Shown here: one piece after another, positions 1 through 15,225 of the stretch | Layout of the letters: every line of letters begins with the position of its first letter | Numbering within the stretch: position 1 is the first letter of the stretch | Source: Escherichia coli | Lineage (GTDB): Bacteria > Pseudomonadota > Gammaproteobacteria > Enterobacterales > Enterobacteriaceae | Length of the DNA stretch: 64,000 nt | NCBI RefSeq assembly: GCF_003334355.1 | Contig: NZ_QOWP01000014.1 | Reading direction: 5' to 3' (one strand) | Translations under genes and position numbers: made by a program | The notes under the pieces: model-generated | Databases searched by the model: none | The model's input: only the letters and a program-made list of their open reading frames with translations | What the model was told of the DNA's origin: nothing

Positions 1-1
1 C

Positions 2-223
2 TACCACGGTTTTTATGGTCGTACGGCCTTATTTGAAGTTCTGCCCATAACGCCGGTCATTCGTCAGCTTATTTCCGCTAATACCGACGTTGAATCGCTG
101 GAAACGCACGCACGACAGGCGGGTATGCGTACGCTTTTTGAAAACGGCTGCCTGGCCGTAGAGCAAGGCTTAACCACCTTTGAAGAGTTAATCCGCGTAC
201 TGGGGATGCCGCATGGCGAGTAA
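2..223 (+). CDS. hofB: Type IV pilus / T2SS-family assembly ATPase HofB (GspE-like), 3' end only
   Basis: Open frame from window edge ending at TAA 221-223; translation ...YHGFYGRTALFEVLPITPVIRQLISANTDVESLETHARQAGMRTLFENGCLAVEQGLTTFEELIRVLGMPHGE matches GspE-type C-terminus; overlaps hofC start by 11 nt. Confidence 0.85.
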   Translation, partial: YHGFYGRTALFEVLPITPVIRQLISANTDVESLETHARQAGMRTLFENGCLAVEQGLTTFEELIRVLGMPHGE

Positions 224-1415
224 GCAACTCTGGCGCTGGCATGGCATAACCGGCGACGGCAATGCGCAAGATGGGATGCTATGGGCAGAGAGCCGTACTT
301 TACTGCTTATGGCACTACAGCAACAGATGGTTACCCCACTAAGCCTGAAGCGAATCGCCATCAATTCTGCGCAGTGGCGAGGAGATAAAAGCGCGGAAGT
401 CATTCATCAACTGGCGACGCTACTCAAAGCAGGGTTAACGCTTTCTGAAGGGCTGGCTCTGCTGGCGGAACAGCATCCCAGTAAGCAATGGCAAGCGTTG
501 CTGCAATCGCTGGCGCACGATCTCGAACAGGGCATTGCTTTTTCCAATGCCTTATTACCCTGGTCAGAGGTATTTCCGCCGCTCTATCAGGCGATGATCC
601 GCACGGGTGAACTGACCGGTAAGCTGGATGAATGCTGCTTTGAACTGGCGCGTCAGCAAAAAGCCCAGCGTCAGTTGACCGACAAAGTGAAATCAGCGTT
701 ACGTTATCCCATCATCATTTTAGCGATGGCAATCATGGTGGTTGTGGCAATGCTGCATTTTGTTCTGCCGGAGTTTGCCGCTATCTATAAGACCTTCAAC
801 ACCCCACTACCGGCACTAACGCAGGGGATCATGACGCTGGCAGACTTTAGTGGCGAATGGAGCTGGCTGCTGGTGTTGTTCGGCTTTCTGCTGGCGATAG
901 CCAATAAGTTGCTGATGCGCCGACCGACCTGGCTTATAGTGCGGCAGAAATTGCTGTTACGCATCCCGATTATGGGTTCACTGATGCGGGGACAAAAACT
1001 CACGCAGATCTTTACGATTCTGGCGCTGACACAAAGTGCAGGCATTATTTTTTTACAGGGCGTAGAGAGCGTCAGAGAAACAATGCGCTGCCCGTACTGG
1101 GTGCAACTTCTGACACAAATCCAGCACGATATCAGTAACGGTCAACCCATCTGGCTGGCGCTAAAAAATACCGGTGAGTTTAGCCCGCTCTGTTTGCAAT
1201 TAGTGAGAACAGGAGAGGCATCCGGCTCTCTGGATCTCATGTTAGACAACCTCGCCCATCATCATCGGGAAAACACAATGGCGCTGGCGGATAACCTCGC
1301 AGCCTTACTGGAACCGGCGTTGCTGATCATAACGGGAGGAATTATTGGTACGCTGGTGGTGGCAATGTATCTGCCAATTTTCCATTTAGGCGATGCGATG
1401 AGTGGGATGGGATAA
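213..1415 (+). CDS. hofC: Type IV pilus / T2SS-family inner-membrane platform protein HofC (GspF-like)
   Basis: 400-aa ORF; GspF/PilC-like polytopic membrane protein; immediately follows hofB with overlapping start. Confidence 0.92.
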   Translation: MASKQLWRWHGITGDGNAQDGMLWAESRTLLLMALQQQMVTPLSLKRIAINSAQWRGDKSAEVIHQLATLLKAGLTLSEGLALLAEQHPSKQWQALLQSLAHDLEQGIAFSNALLPWSEVFPPLYQAMIRTGELTGKLDECCFELARQQKAQRQLTDKVKSALRYPIIILAMAIMVVVAMLHFVLPEFAAIYKTFNTPLPALTQGIMTLADFSGEWSWLLVLFGFLLAIANKLLMRRPTWLIVRQKLLLRIPIMGSLMRGQKLTQIFTILALTQSAGIIFLQGVESVRETMRCPYWVQLLTQIQHDISNGQPIWLALKNTGEFSPLCLQLVRTGEASGSLDLMLDNLAHHHRENTMALADNLAALLEPALLIITGGIIGTLVVAMYLPIFHLGDAMSGMG

Positions 1416-1442
1416 CGCTGGCGTGTTGCTCCACGCCAGCGT
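1414..1442. terminator. Perfect inverted repeat (acgctggcgtg / cacgccagcgt) between convergent hofC and guaC; probable bidirectional terminator
   Basis: 11-bp perfect stem with about 7-nt loop directly after hofC stop and 8 nt before guaC stop; no strong U-tract on either side. Confidence 0.5.
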
Positions 1443-1449
1443 TGGGAGA

Positions 1450-2493
1450 TTACAGGTTGTTGAAGATGCGGTTTTCTTGTTCCTGCACACGAATAAACGT
1501 GGTGCGCTTGGTCAGCTCTTTCAGGCGTGAAGCCCCAACGTATGTACAAGCTGAACGCAGGCCGCCCAAAATATCTCGCGCGGTATTTTCAACCGGGCCT
1601 CGCAGCGGCAGCTTAACGGTTTTACCTTCTGCTGCGCGATATTCCGCAACGCCGCCAACGTGACGTTTCATCGCAGACTCGGAGCTCATGCCGTAGAACA
1701 GCATAAATTTCTCGCCGTTCTCCTCAACGATGCGACCGCCGCTCTCTTCGTGGCCCGCCAGCATGCCGCCAAGCATGACGAAATCGGCACCGCCGCCAAA
1801 GGCTTTCGCCACATCGCCCGGCGTGGTGCAGCCACCATCGCTGACGATCATTCCGCCCAGACCGTGCGCAGCATCGGCACATTCGATTACCGCAGAAAGT
1901 TGCGGATAACCGACGCCTGTTTTGACGCGAGTTGTACAAACAGAACCTGGGCCAATGCCAACTTTAACGATATCAGCACCGGAGAGGATAAGCTCCTCAC
2001 ACATTTCACCAGTCACTACGTTACCAGCACAAATGGTTTTGGTCGGCCACGCTTCACGCGCTTTCGCAACGAACTGCACGAAGTGTTCGGAATAACCATT
2101 CGCCACGTCAATACAAACGAAGTTTAATGCCGGGTTCAGGTCGAGAATCTGTTTAGTTTTTTCGAAATCCGCATCAGACGTACCGGTAGAAACCATCACA
2201 TGTTTCAGCACATCAGCGGAAGAATTGTTGATAAACGCTTGCCACTCTTCGACAGAATAGTGTTTATGCACAGCAGTCAAAATATCAAAAGAAGCCAGCG
2301 CAGAGGCCATAGAAAATGTGCCTACGGTGTCCATATTTGCGGCGATAATCGGCACGCCGGACCAGCTCTGACCTGAATGTTTGAAGGTGAATTGACGTTC
2401 CAGTTCAACATCGGAACGGCTTTTAAGAGTGGAGCGTTTAGGGCGGATGAGAACGTCTTTAAAACCTAACTTCAGATCTTCTTCAATACGCAT
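1450..2493 (-). CDS. guaC: GMP reductase
   Basis: 347-aa ORF, full length for GuaC; IMPDH/GMPR fold motifs ([11 protein letters not shown], active-site Cys region). Confidence 0.96.
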
Positions 2494-2717
2494 GTGCGGA
2501 TTCCTGGGGTTAATGGCTATAAGGGTAAGAGCGCAACTCCAGTGACGCTATCATACGCACTAATCAATGCGGCGCAAGACTGCGAAATTGTCTTTTTTTA
2601 CGCTACAATCCCATAAATTTACCTGGTAAATAGTGAGCGAACGTTTCATCAATTTCGCTTTCGTGCACTCATTTTTAACGTTTTGATAATCATGATGAAT
2701 TCCCGGGAATATAAATT

Positions 2718-3338
2718 ATGAGGTATATAGTTGCCTTAACGGGAGGCATTGGCAGTGGCAAGAGTACCGTTGCCAATGCGTTTGCTGATCTCGGAATTAA
2801 CGTCATTGATGCCGATATTATTGCGCGTCAGGTGGTTGAACCAGGTGCACCTGCGCTACATGCCATTGCTGATCACTTTGGCGCTAACATGATTGCTGCT
2901 GATGGAACATTGCAGCGCCGGGCCTTGCGCGAGCGGATCTTCGCCAACCCGGAAGAGAAAAACTGGCTTAACGCCCTGCTGCATCCGCTGATTCAGCAAG
3001 AGACGCAACACCAGATCCAGCAAGCTACTTCCCCCTATGTACTGTGGGTTGTGCCATTGCTGGTAGAAAACTCACTGTATAAAAAAGCGAATCGAGTGCT
3101 GGTGGTGGATGTCAGCCCAGAAACGCAACTTAAGCGCACCATGCAGCGCGATGATGTAACTCGCGAGCATGTCGAACAAATCCTTGCTGCTCAGGCAACG
3201 CGCGAAGCCCGCCTTGCCGTGGCAGATGACGTCATTGATAATAACGGCGCACCGGATGCTATCGCATCGGATGTTGCCCGCCTGCACGCACACTATTTGC
3301 AGCTTGCGTCGCAGTTTGTCTCACAGGAAAAACCGTAA
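2718..3338 (+). CDS. coaE: Dephospho-CoA kinase
   Basis: 206-aa ORF; N-terminal P-loop [11 protein letters not shown]; stop overlaps zapD start (TAATG). Confidence 0.96.
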   Translation: MRYIVALTGGIGSGKSTVANAFADLGINVIDADIIARQVVEPGAPALHAIADHFGANMIAADGTLQRRALRERIFANPEEKNWLNALLHPLIQQETQHQIQQATSPYVLWVVPLLVENSLYKKANRVLVVDVSPETQLKRTMQRDDVTREHVEQILAAQATREARLAVADDVIDNNGAPDAIASDVARLHAHYLQLASQFVSQEKP

Positions 3339-4081
3339 TGCAGACCCAGGTCCTTTTTGAACATCCACTAAATGAAAAAATGCGTACATGGCTGCGCATT
3401 GAGTTTTTGATTCAGCAACTCACCGTTAATTTACCCATCGTTGACCACGCTGGCGCGCTGCATTTCTTCCATAATGTCAGTGAATTACTGGATGTTTTCG
3501 AGCGCGGCGAAGTCCGCACTGAGCTGTTGAAAGAACTTGACCGGCAGCAACGTAAACTCCAGACCTGGATTGGCGTGCCTGGCGTGGACCAGAGCCGTAT
3601 TGAAGCATTAATTCAGCAGTTAAAAGCGGCGGGGAGCGTATTAATTTCCGCGCCGCGTATCGGGCAATTTCTGCGTGAAGATCGTTTGATTGCTCTGGTG
3701 CGTCAGCGACTGAGCATCCCAGGCGGCTGTTGCAGCTTTGATTTACCTACATTGCACATTTGGCTGCATCTACCCCAGGCGCAGCGCGACAGCCAGGTAG
3801 AAACCTGGATTGCCAGCCTGAACCCGCTCACCCAGGCACTTACCATGGTGCTGGATTTAATTCGCCAGTCGGCCCCCTTCCGTAAACAAACCAGCCTGAA
3901 TGGTTTTTATCAGGATAACGGTGGCGATGCCGACTTGCTGCGCCTGAATCTGTCGCTCGATTCACAGCTTTATCCGCAAATTTCCGGACATAAGAGCCGT
4001 TTTGCCATTCGTTTTATGCCGCTGGACACTGAAAACGGACAGGTACCGGAACGTCTGGATTTCGAACTGGCCTGTTGCTAA
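3338..4081 (+). CDS. zapD: Cell division factor ZapD (YacF)
   Basis: 247-aa ORF; position between coaE and yacG; length matches ZapD. Confidence 0.93.
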   Translation: MQTQVLFEHPLNEKMRTWLRIEFLIQQLTVNLPIVDHAGALHFFHNVSELLDVFERGEVRTELLKELDRQQRKLQTWIGVPGVDQSRIEALIQQLKAAGSVLISAPRIGQFLREDRLIALVRQRLSIPGGCCSFDLPTLHIWLHLPQAQRDSQVETWIASLNPLTQALTMVLDLIRQSAPFRKQTSLNGFYQDNGGDADLLRLNLSLDSQLYPQISGHKSRFAIRFMPLDTENGQVPERLDFELACC

Positions 4082-4090
4082 GGAGTAAAA

Positions 4091-4288
4091 ATGTCAGAAA
4101 CTATTACGGTGAATTGCCCAACCTGCGGGAAAACGGTGGTGTGGGGTGAAATCAGCCCGTTTCGGCCATTTTGCTCCAAACGTTGTCAGCTGATCGACCT
4201 CGGAGAATGGGCTGCTGAAGAAAAACGAATCCCCAGCAGTGGCGATCTTTCCGAAAGCGATGACTGGAGCGAAGAGCCAAAGCAGTGA
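4091..4288 (+). CDS. yacG: DNA gyrase inhibitor YacG (zinc-finger protein)
   Basis: 65-aa ORF with CPTCGK...CSKRC zinc-ribbon cysteines; RBS ggag 9 nt after zapD stop. Confidence 0.93.
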
Positions 4289-4295
4289 CATTTGT

Positions 4296-4512
4296 CTGAT
4301 GCCGCACGTAGGCCTGATAAGACGCGGGCAGCGTCGCATCAGGCATCTTGTGCAAATGTCGGATGCGGCGTGAACGCCTTATCTGACCTACAAAAACAAA
4401 TTTATCAATGAGTTATAAATCCCTGTAGGCCTGATAAGACGCGCCAGCGTCGCATCAGGCATCGTGTGCGAATGTCAGATGCGGCGAAAACGCCTTATCT
4501 GACATACACACG
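4296..4512. repeat. REP/BIME cluster (two REP-pair units) between convergent yacG and mutT
   Basis: Two copies of the motif ggcctgataagacgcg..cagcgtcgcatcaggc and two copies of gatgcggcg..aacgccttatctgac in inverted arrangement; classic enterobacterial REP palindromes. Confidence 0.9.
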
Positions 4513-4893
4513 CTTAAGCTTCGCAATTACCTGTTCATTGGCTGGCGGAAACTCATCGGCATTAAGACCGACCAGCGACATCCACTCACCGGGTTGCCCT
4601 TCTTTACCCCACGGCTCCCCTTCCCAGCGTTCGACCAGCCAAAACCACAGTGTTATATGCCTGTCCGGGAATTCATATTCCAGTTTTTCAAATAGCGAAA
4701 AATGTTGGGGGGTAATCCCGACTTCTTCCTGAAGTTCACGCACCACCGCCTGTTCCGGCGTTTCACCCATTTCAATTTTACCGCCGGGAAACTCCAGTTT
4801 ATTCGCCATGTGCGCATCTGCTGCGCGACGCGTTATAAAGATTTCATTGTTCTCGTTGCGAATAATACCTACCGCAATTTGCAGCTTTTTCAT
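4495..4893 (-). CDS. mutT: 8-oxo-dGTP diphosphatase (Nudix hydrolase) MutT
   Basis: 132-aa ORF; Nudix box GGKIEMGETPEQAVVRELQEEVGI; stop codon lies inside the distal REP unit. Confidence 0.95.
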   Translation of the reverse strand: MKKLQIAVGIIRNENNEIFITRRAADAHMANKLEFPGGKIEMGETPEQAVVRELQEEVGITPQHFSLFEKLEYEFPDRHITLWFWLVERWEGEPWGKEGQPGEWMSLVGLNADEFPPANEQVIAKLKRVYVR

Positions 4894-4904
4894 TGTCTTA
4901 AACC

Positions 4905-4935
4905 TATAAAAAAGGCGCAGAATCCTGCGCCTTTT
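4905..4935 (-). terminator. Hairpin with flanking A/T tracts between secA stop and mutT start (attenuator/terminator-like)
   Basis: ggcgcag-aatc-ctgcgcc stem-loop flanked by A-run on one side and T-run on the other; sits in the 59-bp secA-mutT spacer. Confidence 0.5.
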
Positions 4936-4952
4936 ACTTTAACAGTTAGCTT

Positions 4953-7658
4953 TTATTGCAGGCGGCCATGGCACTGCTTGTATTTTTTACCAGAACCGCA
5001 CGGGCAAGGATCGTTACGTCCTACTTTGCGCTCTCCAGTTTGCGCCGCCAGTGCAGCTGCGGCTGCAGAGTCGTCATCCTGATGGCTAAGCTGCTGCATT
5101 TGCGCTAAACGCTCGGCTTCCATACGACGCTGTTGTTCCAGCTCCTCAACCTCTTCAGGCATACGTACCTGGACTTTGCTCAACGTGCTGATAACTTCAT
5201 ATTTTAACGACTCCAGCATCGCTGCAAACATGGAGAACGATTCACGTTTGTATTCCTGCTTCGGATCTTTCTGTGCGTAGCCACGCAGGTGGATACCCTG
5301 ACGCAGATAGTCCATCGCTGCCAGGTGCTCTTTCCACAGGGAGTCAAGCGTTTGCAGCATGACGCCTTTCTCGAAGTGACGCATCATCTCAGCACCAACC
5401 ACTTCTTCTTTACGCTGATACACTTCGATGGACTGCGCCAGAATTCGCTCACGCAGCGTCTCTTCATGCAGTTCTGGTTCTTTATCCAGCCACTCGGCAA
5501 TTGGCAAATCGAGGTCGAAATCGTTCTTCAGACGTTCCTGCAGCCCCGGAATATCCCACATTTCTTCCAGCGACTGTGGTGGAATGTAGGCATCAATGGT
5601 CGCTTTGAACACATCTTCACGAATGCTGTTAATGGTTTCGCTCACATCGCTGACATCCAACAGTTCGTTACGCTGGGAGTAAATGGCGCGACGCTGATCG
5701 TTAGCCACGTCATCATATTCCAGCAGTTGCTTACGAATGTCGAAGTTACGGCTTTCAACTTTACGCTGGGCGTTGGCAATCGCTTTAGTCACCCACGGGT
5801 GTTCAATGGCTTCGCCTGGCTTCATACCCAGTTTACGCATCATGCCGGATACTCGGTCGGAAGCAAAAATACGCATCAGCGCATCTTCCATCGACAGGTA
5901 GAAACGGGAAGAACCAGCATCCCCCTGACGACCAGAACGACCGCGCAACTGGTTATCGATACGACGGGATTCGTGACGCTCGGTACCGATGATATGCAGG
6001 CCACCTGCTTCCAGTACCGCATCGTGACGTACCTGCCAGTCGGCTTTAATTTTTTCAATTTGCTCTGCGGTCGGATTTTCCAGCGCGGCAACTTCTGCCT
6101 GCCAGCTACCACCGAGCACAATATCTGTACCACGACCCGCCATATTGGTCGCGATAGTCACCGCAGCCGGATAACCTGCCTGAGCAACAATCGCCGCTTC
6201 GTTGGCGTGGAATTTGGCGTTCAGGACGTTGTGCTTAATACCGGCTTTGGTCAGTTCGTTTGACACCAGCTCCGATTTTTCGATGGAGATAGTACCCACC
6301 AGCACCGGCTGGCCTTTCGCAGTACGTTCTTTGATATCTTCAATGATCGCCTGAATTTTTTCCGCTTCAGTCATGTAGACCAGGTCCGGCAGATCTTTAC
6401 GAATCATTGGACGGTTGGTCGGAACAACGACGGTATCCAGCTTGTAGATTGAGCTAAATTCGAAAGCTTCGGTATCAGCAGTACCGGTCATCCCCGCCAG
6501 TTTTTCATACAGACGGAAGTAGTTCTGGAAGGTGATCGAAGCCAGCGTTTGGTTTTCGTTCTGGATCTGCACACCTTCTTTCGCTTCCACAGCCTGGTGC
6601 AGACCATCGGACCAGCGACGGCCCTGCATGGTACGACCGGTGTGTTCGTCAACGATGATAACTTCACCATCTTTAACGATGTAGTCGACGTCACGGGTAA
6701 ACAGCGCATGAGCGCGCAGCGCCGCCGTTACGTGGTGCATCAGCATGATGTTGGCCGGAGAGTACAGAGACTCCCCTTCATCCATGATGCCCTCTTTCAC
6801 CAGCAGTTCTTCAATCAGCACCAGACCACGTTCGGTCAGGTTCACCTGGCGAGATTTTTCGTCCACCGAGAAGTGGCCTTCGCCCTGGAAGGTTTCGGAG
6901 TCTTCTTTTTCCTGACGGATCAGGTGCGGAATAATTTTATTCACGCGTTTATACATTTCCGAGCTGTCTTCTGCCGGGCCGGAAATGATCAGCGGTGTAC
7001 GCGCTTCATCGATCAGGATGGAGTCCACTTCGTCCACCAGCGCATAGTGCAGTTTACGCTGTACACGTTCTTCAGGGCTGAACGCCATGTTGTCGCGCAG
7101 GTAGTCAAAGCCGTATTCGTTGTTCGTACCGTAAGTGATGTCAGCTGCGTAAGCTTCGCGCTTTGCCGGTGCTGGCATGCCCGGCAGGTTGATACCGACA
7201 GTCAGGCCAAGGAATTCAAACAGCGGACGGTTGTTTTCGGCGTCACGTTGCGCCAGGTAGTCGTTGACGGTAACTACGTGCACGCCTTTACCGGTTAGTG
7301 CGTTCAGGTAAGCAGGCAGCGTTGCGGTCAGGGTTTTACCTTCACCGGTACGCATTTCGGCGATGCAGCGTTCGTTAAGAACCATACCGCCGAGTAACTG
7401 AACGTCGAAGTGACGCATACCAAAGACGCGCTTACTTGCCTCACGTACCACGGCGAAAGCTTCCGGGATCAGATTTTCCAGCACTTCGCCTTTTTCCAGA
7501 CGTGCACGAAACTCTGCGGTTTTCCCTTTCAGTTCTTCGTCGGAGAGTTTTTCCATCTCCGGTTCCATGGCATTGATGATGTTGACCACTTTGCGCATCC
7601 GGCGCAGGGTGCGATCGTTACGACTACCGAAAACTTTAGTTAATAATTTGATTAGCAT
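4953..7658 (-). CDS. secA: Preprotein translocase ATPase SecA
   Basis: 901-aa ORF; DEAD-like motor motifs and C-terminal zinc-binding tail [14 protein letters not shown]. Confidence 0.98.
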
Positions 7659-7719
7659 AATAAAATCTCAAACGCCCCGCGTTGCGGAGTTAATAAAATG
7701 AAGTAAAGGTTTATTGTTG

Positions 7720-8436
<717 letters not shown>

Positions 8437-8462
8437 AATTTTATACGACAGTATAAATGTCG

Positions 8463-9401
<939 letters not shown>

Positions 9402-9480
9402 CTATCCAACCGAAGTGTACTATACATTCGGCGGGCCAGTTTAGCACAAAGAGCCTCGAAACCCAAATTCCAGTCAATTC

Positions 9481-10632
9481 TTAATCAGCTTGCTTACGCA
9501 GGAATGCTGGAATATCCAGATAATCCGGCTCTTTCGCAGTTTGCGGCGCATTGTCATTCACGACTTTAGCAATCGGCTTCTGCTCCTGGGTCAGCGGAGC
9601 CATCCCGTGCTGCTGGTAGCGATCCATCACTGGCTGCTGAACCTGCTTATTGGTCACCAGAGTGATTTCAGGACGTTTGTCCATGCCGATACCTGTCGCA
9701 ACAACAGTTACGCGCAGCTCGTCATTCATATCCGGGTCAAGAGAAGTACCGATAACCACGGTCGCGTTGTCGGAAGCAAATGCACGGATGGTGTTACCTA
9801 CCGTTTCGAACTCATCCAGACGCAGGTCGAAGCCCGCTGTGATGTTAACCAGCACGCCGCGTGCGCCAGACAGGTCGATATCTTCCAGCAGCGGAGAAGA
9901 GATAGCCATTTCAGCAGCTTCTTCCGCACGGTCTTCACCGCTCGCCACGCCAGAACCCATCATTGCGTAGCCCATTTCAGACATTACGGTGCGTACGTCT
10001 GCAAAGTCCACGTTCATCAAACCCGGACGAGTAATCAGTTCAGCGATACCTTGCACAGCGCCTTTCAGTACATCGTTCGCTGCGCCAAACGCATCCAGCA
10101 GGGAGATACCGCGGCCCAGAACTTTCAGCAGTTTGTCGTTCGGGATAGTGATCAGAGAGTCCACATGCTTGGACAGTTCAGTGATCCCCTGCTCCGCGAA
10201 TGCCATACGCTTCTTGCCTTCAAAGTTGAAAGGCTTAGTGACGACAGCAACGGTCAGGATACCCAAATCTTTTGCCACTTCAGCGACGACTGGTGCTGCA
10301 CCTGTACCGGTACCACCACCCATACCCGCAGCAATAAAGACCATGTCTGCACCTTCCAGCGCAGCACGCAATGCATCGCGATCCTCATCAGCCGCATTGC
10401 GGCCAACTTCTGGATTAGCGCCAGCGCCCAGTCCTTTGGTGATACCGCTACCGATTTGAATCGTCTGTCCAACCGCTGTTTTACGCAGCGCTTGTGCATC
10501 GGTATTTACCGCGAAGAATTCAACACCTTCAATGCGCTCACGCACCATGTGTTCAACAGCATTACCGCCGCCGCCGCCGACGCCGATGACTTTAATCACC
10601 GCGTCATTGGTAAGTTCCATTGGTTCAAACAT
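9481..10632 (-). CDS. ftsZ: Cell division GTPase FtsZ
   Basis: 383-aa ORF; tubulin signature GGGTGTG. Confidence 0.98.
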   Translation of the reverse strand: MFEPMELTNDAVIKVIGVGGGGGNAVEHMVRERIEGVEFFAVNTDAQALRKTAVGQTIQIGSGITKGLGAGANPEVGRNAADEDRDALRAALEGADMVFIAAGMGGGTGTGAAPVVAEVAKDLGILTVAVVTKPFNFEGKKRMAFAEQGITELSKHVDSLITIPNDKLLKVLGRGISLLDAFGAANDVLKGAVQGIAELITRPGLMNVDFADVRTVMSEMGYAMMGSGVASGEDRAEEAAEMAISSPLLEDIDLSGARGVLVNITAGFDLRLDEFETVGNTIRAFASDNATVVIGTSLDPDMNDELRVTVVATGIGMDKRPEITLVTNKQVQQPVMDRYQQHGMAPLTQEQKPIAKVVNDNAPQTAKEPDYLDIPAFLRKQAD

Positions 10633-10692
10633 AGTTTCTCTCCGATTTGTGCCTGTCGCCTGAGGCCGTAATCATCGTCGGCCTCATAAAAA

Positions 10693-11955
10693 TTAAAACT
10701 CTTTTCGCAGCCAACTATTGAGTCGCTTGATCCACGAGCCAACTGATGCTGTAACACGTTTTTCTACTTCAGCTTCACCGTTAAGATGTGACTCTTTCCC
10801 ATAGTGAAGCAATCCCACCGCCGTCGAATAATACGGCTCCTGAGCATAATCCGTTAAACCGGTAATGTTCAGCGGCGCGCCGATACGCACTTGCGTATGA
10901 AACACGCGCTGAGCACAGGCTGCAAGACCTTCGATCTGCGCTGCGCCACCGGTTAATACAATGCCTGCCGCCAGGTGATGTTTAACCCCTTGTTGGCGAA
11001 GCTTTTCCTGCAACTGCAATATCTCTTCGTTGACCAGGTTGAGCAGCTCGGTATAGCGCGGCTCGATCACCTCTGCCAGGGTCTGACGTTGCAGACTCCG
11101 CGGCGGACGACCACCTACGCTCGGCACTTCCACGCTCTCATCTTTTCCAACGATGGAACCCAGCGCACAACCGTGGCGAACTTTAATCGCTTCGGCGTCG
11201 CTTGGCGGCGTGCCAAAGGCGTAAGCGATATCACTGGTCACGACATTGCCAGCATAAGGAATTACCTTAGTGTGGCGCAATGCCCCACCGGTATAAACGG
11301 CGATATCCATTGTACCACCACCGATATCGACGACGCAGACACCCAGTTCACGTTCATCTTCCGTCAATACCGAATAACTTGATGCCAGTCCGGCAAATAT
11401 CAGTTGGTCAACTTTCAGCCCACAACGTTCAACCGCTTTGACGATGTTTTTCGCCATATCGTTGTGACATGTGATCAGGTGCACTTTTGCCTGCATCCGC
11501 ACGCCCGAAAGTCCTACCGGATTCTTGATCCCTTCCTGATAGTCAATCGCATACTCTTGCGGGATCACATGCAGCACACGATGCTCATCGCGCACACGCA
11601 CCGATTTCGCGGTGTGGACGACGTTTTCCACATCTTCTTGCGTTACTTCTTCTTCAGAAATAGGCACCATACCAATTTCATTCTGGCAGCTGATGTGCTT
11701 ACCAGAAAGCGCCAGATATACCGAAGAGATCTGACAATCTGCCATCAATTCTGCCTGGTCAATGGCGCGTTGTACGCACTTGACCACGGATTCGAGGTCG
11801 TTCACCCCGCCTTTATCCATACCACGCGACGGGCAGCTGCCCACGCCAATGATATTGACCATACCGTCGGGCAGAACTTCCCCTACTAAAGCGGCAACCT
11901 TCGCGGTACCAATCTCCAGTCCTACTACCAGTTTTCTGTCCGTCGCCTTGATCAT
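10693..11955 (-). CDS. ftsA: Cell division protein FtsA (actin-like ATPase)
   Basis: 420-aa ORF; actin/Hsp70 fold motifs; 4-nt overlap with ftsQ. Confidence 0.98.
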   Translation of the reverse strand: MIKATDRKLVVGLEIGTAKVAALVGEVLPDGMVNIIGVGSCPSRGMDKGGVNDLESVVKCVQRAIDQAELMADCQISSVYLALSGKHISCQNEIGMVPISEEEVTQEDVENVVHTAKSVRVRDEHRVLHVIPQEYAIDYQEGIKNPVGLSGVRMQAKVHLITCHNDMAKNIVKAVERCGLKVDQLIFAGLASSYSVLTEDERELGVCVVDIGGGTMDIAVYTGGALRHTKVIPYAGNVVTSDIAYAFGTPPSDAEAIKVRHGCALGSIVGKDESVEVPSVGGRPPRSLQRQTLAEVIEPRYTELLNLVNEEILQLQEKLRQQGVKHHLAAGIVLTGGAAQIEGLAACAQRVFHTQVRIGAPLNITGLTDYAQEPYYSTAVGLLHYGKESHLNGEAEVEKRVTASVGSWIKRLNSWLRKEF

Positions 11956-12782
11956 TGTTGTTCTGCCTGTGCCTGATTTTGTTGCTGAGTAGATTCCTCT
12001 GGCGGCAAGGGCGCCCAGCCTACTGCCGCTCCAGAGTCATAACGCAAATCAACGTAGCTAATCCGTTTGCCATCGGTTTGCGCCTGCTGCTGTAAAACCG
12101 GATAAAGTTCTACAAAGCGAGCCAAACGTTTCATCGTATCGCCCCGGCCAAGATTGAGCTTAATATCGTTATTCAGCGTCAACTGCCAGGAACGCCGCGC
12201 GGTCATCGCCGCTTCCTTCAGAGTAAATCTGTCCTTTGCCAGCATCTGCCCCATTTCGCGATAGCCCTGCAACACTTCATTGGCGCTGCCTTCCGGGCCA
12301 TACAGCATTGGAAGCACCTGCTTGCTGGTGCGTTCTGGCGGCACGCTGAAGGTATTTCCTTCCGCGTCTACCATATGTTGATCATTCCACCGCGCAATCG
12401 GCACATATTCAACCAGATGAATCTTCAATTCATCAGGCCACTGCTTTCTGACGCTCACCTGCTTAATCCACGGCAGGCGTTGTTCTATTTGCGTCTGGAT
12501 GATGTTGACATCCTGGGTCATAAAGGTACCCGGCTCACCCAATGCCAGGATCGACTGCCGGATATCGTCATTACGTGTGTAATGGCGTTCACCGGTCAAC
12601 ACCAGCTTTGAGAGCGGCAGGCGTTGCGCATCTTCCATCCAGCCCAACACGACCCAGCCGCTCACCAACACTGTCGTTAAAACGGTCAGCAGGAAAAGGA
12701 TCCCCGCCAGACGCGTTCCATTATTGCGGCGAGAAGAAACCTCTTCTTCGCTGTTTCGCGTGTTCAGAGCAGCCTGCGACAT
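11952..12782 (-). CDS. ftsQ: Cell division protein FtsQ
   Basis: 276-aa ORF; single TM segment then POTRA-like periplasmic domain; dcw position. Confidence 0.96.
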   Translation of the reverse strand: MSQAALNTRNSEEEVSSRRNNGTRLAGILFLLTVLTTVLVSGWVVLGWMEDAQRLPLSKLVLTGERHYTRNDDIRQSILALGEPGTFMTQDVNIIQTQIEQRLPWIKQVSVRKQWPDELKIHLVEYVPIARWNDQHMVDAEGNTFSVPPERTSKQVLPMLYGPEGSANEVLQGYREMGQMLAKDRFTLKEAAMTARRSWQLTLNNDIKLNLGRGDTMKRLARFVELYPVLQQQAQTDGKRISYVDLRYDSGAAVGWAPLPPEESTQQQNQAQAEQQ

Positions 12783-12783
12783 A

Positions 12784-15172
<2,389 letters not shown>

Positions 15173-15225
15173 TCTTTACGCCATTAACTTCTTAAATTCA
15201 TACGATGCAAAAGGCATCGCTACAA

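Noticed and set aside
2690-2705. GAATTCCCGGG (EcoRI-SmaI-like) just upstream of coaE; considered a cloning scar
   Set aside because: An isolated 11-mer with no adjacent polylinker or vector sequence; chance occurrence in an AT-rich promoter region is more likely.
4289-4512. Short ORFs running through the REP clusters (for example 4094..4339, 4152..4355, 4466..4732, 49099..49293, 49290..49511)
   Set aside because: They are made of repeated palindromic units, lack start contexts and overlap REP/BIME elements; these are repeat artefacts, not genes.
5289-6263. 324-aa ORF on the + strand antisense to secA (also 6549..7298, 249 aa)
   Set aside because: Lies entirely inside the well-supported secA reading frame on the opposite strand; no RBS, and the low-complexity translation is typical of antisense frames in GC-biased coding DNA.
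9490-10671. 393-aa ORF antisense to ftsZ, plus similar long antisense ORFs inside ftsA (10975..11382, 11404..11889), araB/araA (46642..47400, 47291..48448), leuA (33464..33952) and rapA (53356..53973)
   Set aside because: Mirror frames of highly expressed, codon-biased genes commonly stay open; the translations are Cys/His/Arg-rich without recognisable domains and fully overlap confidently assigned genes.
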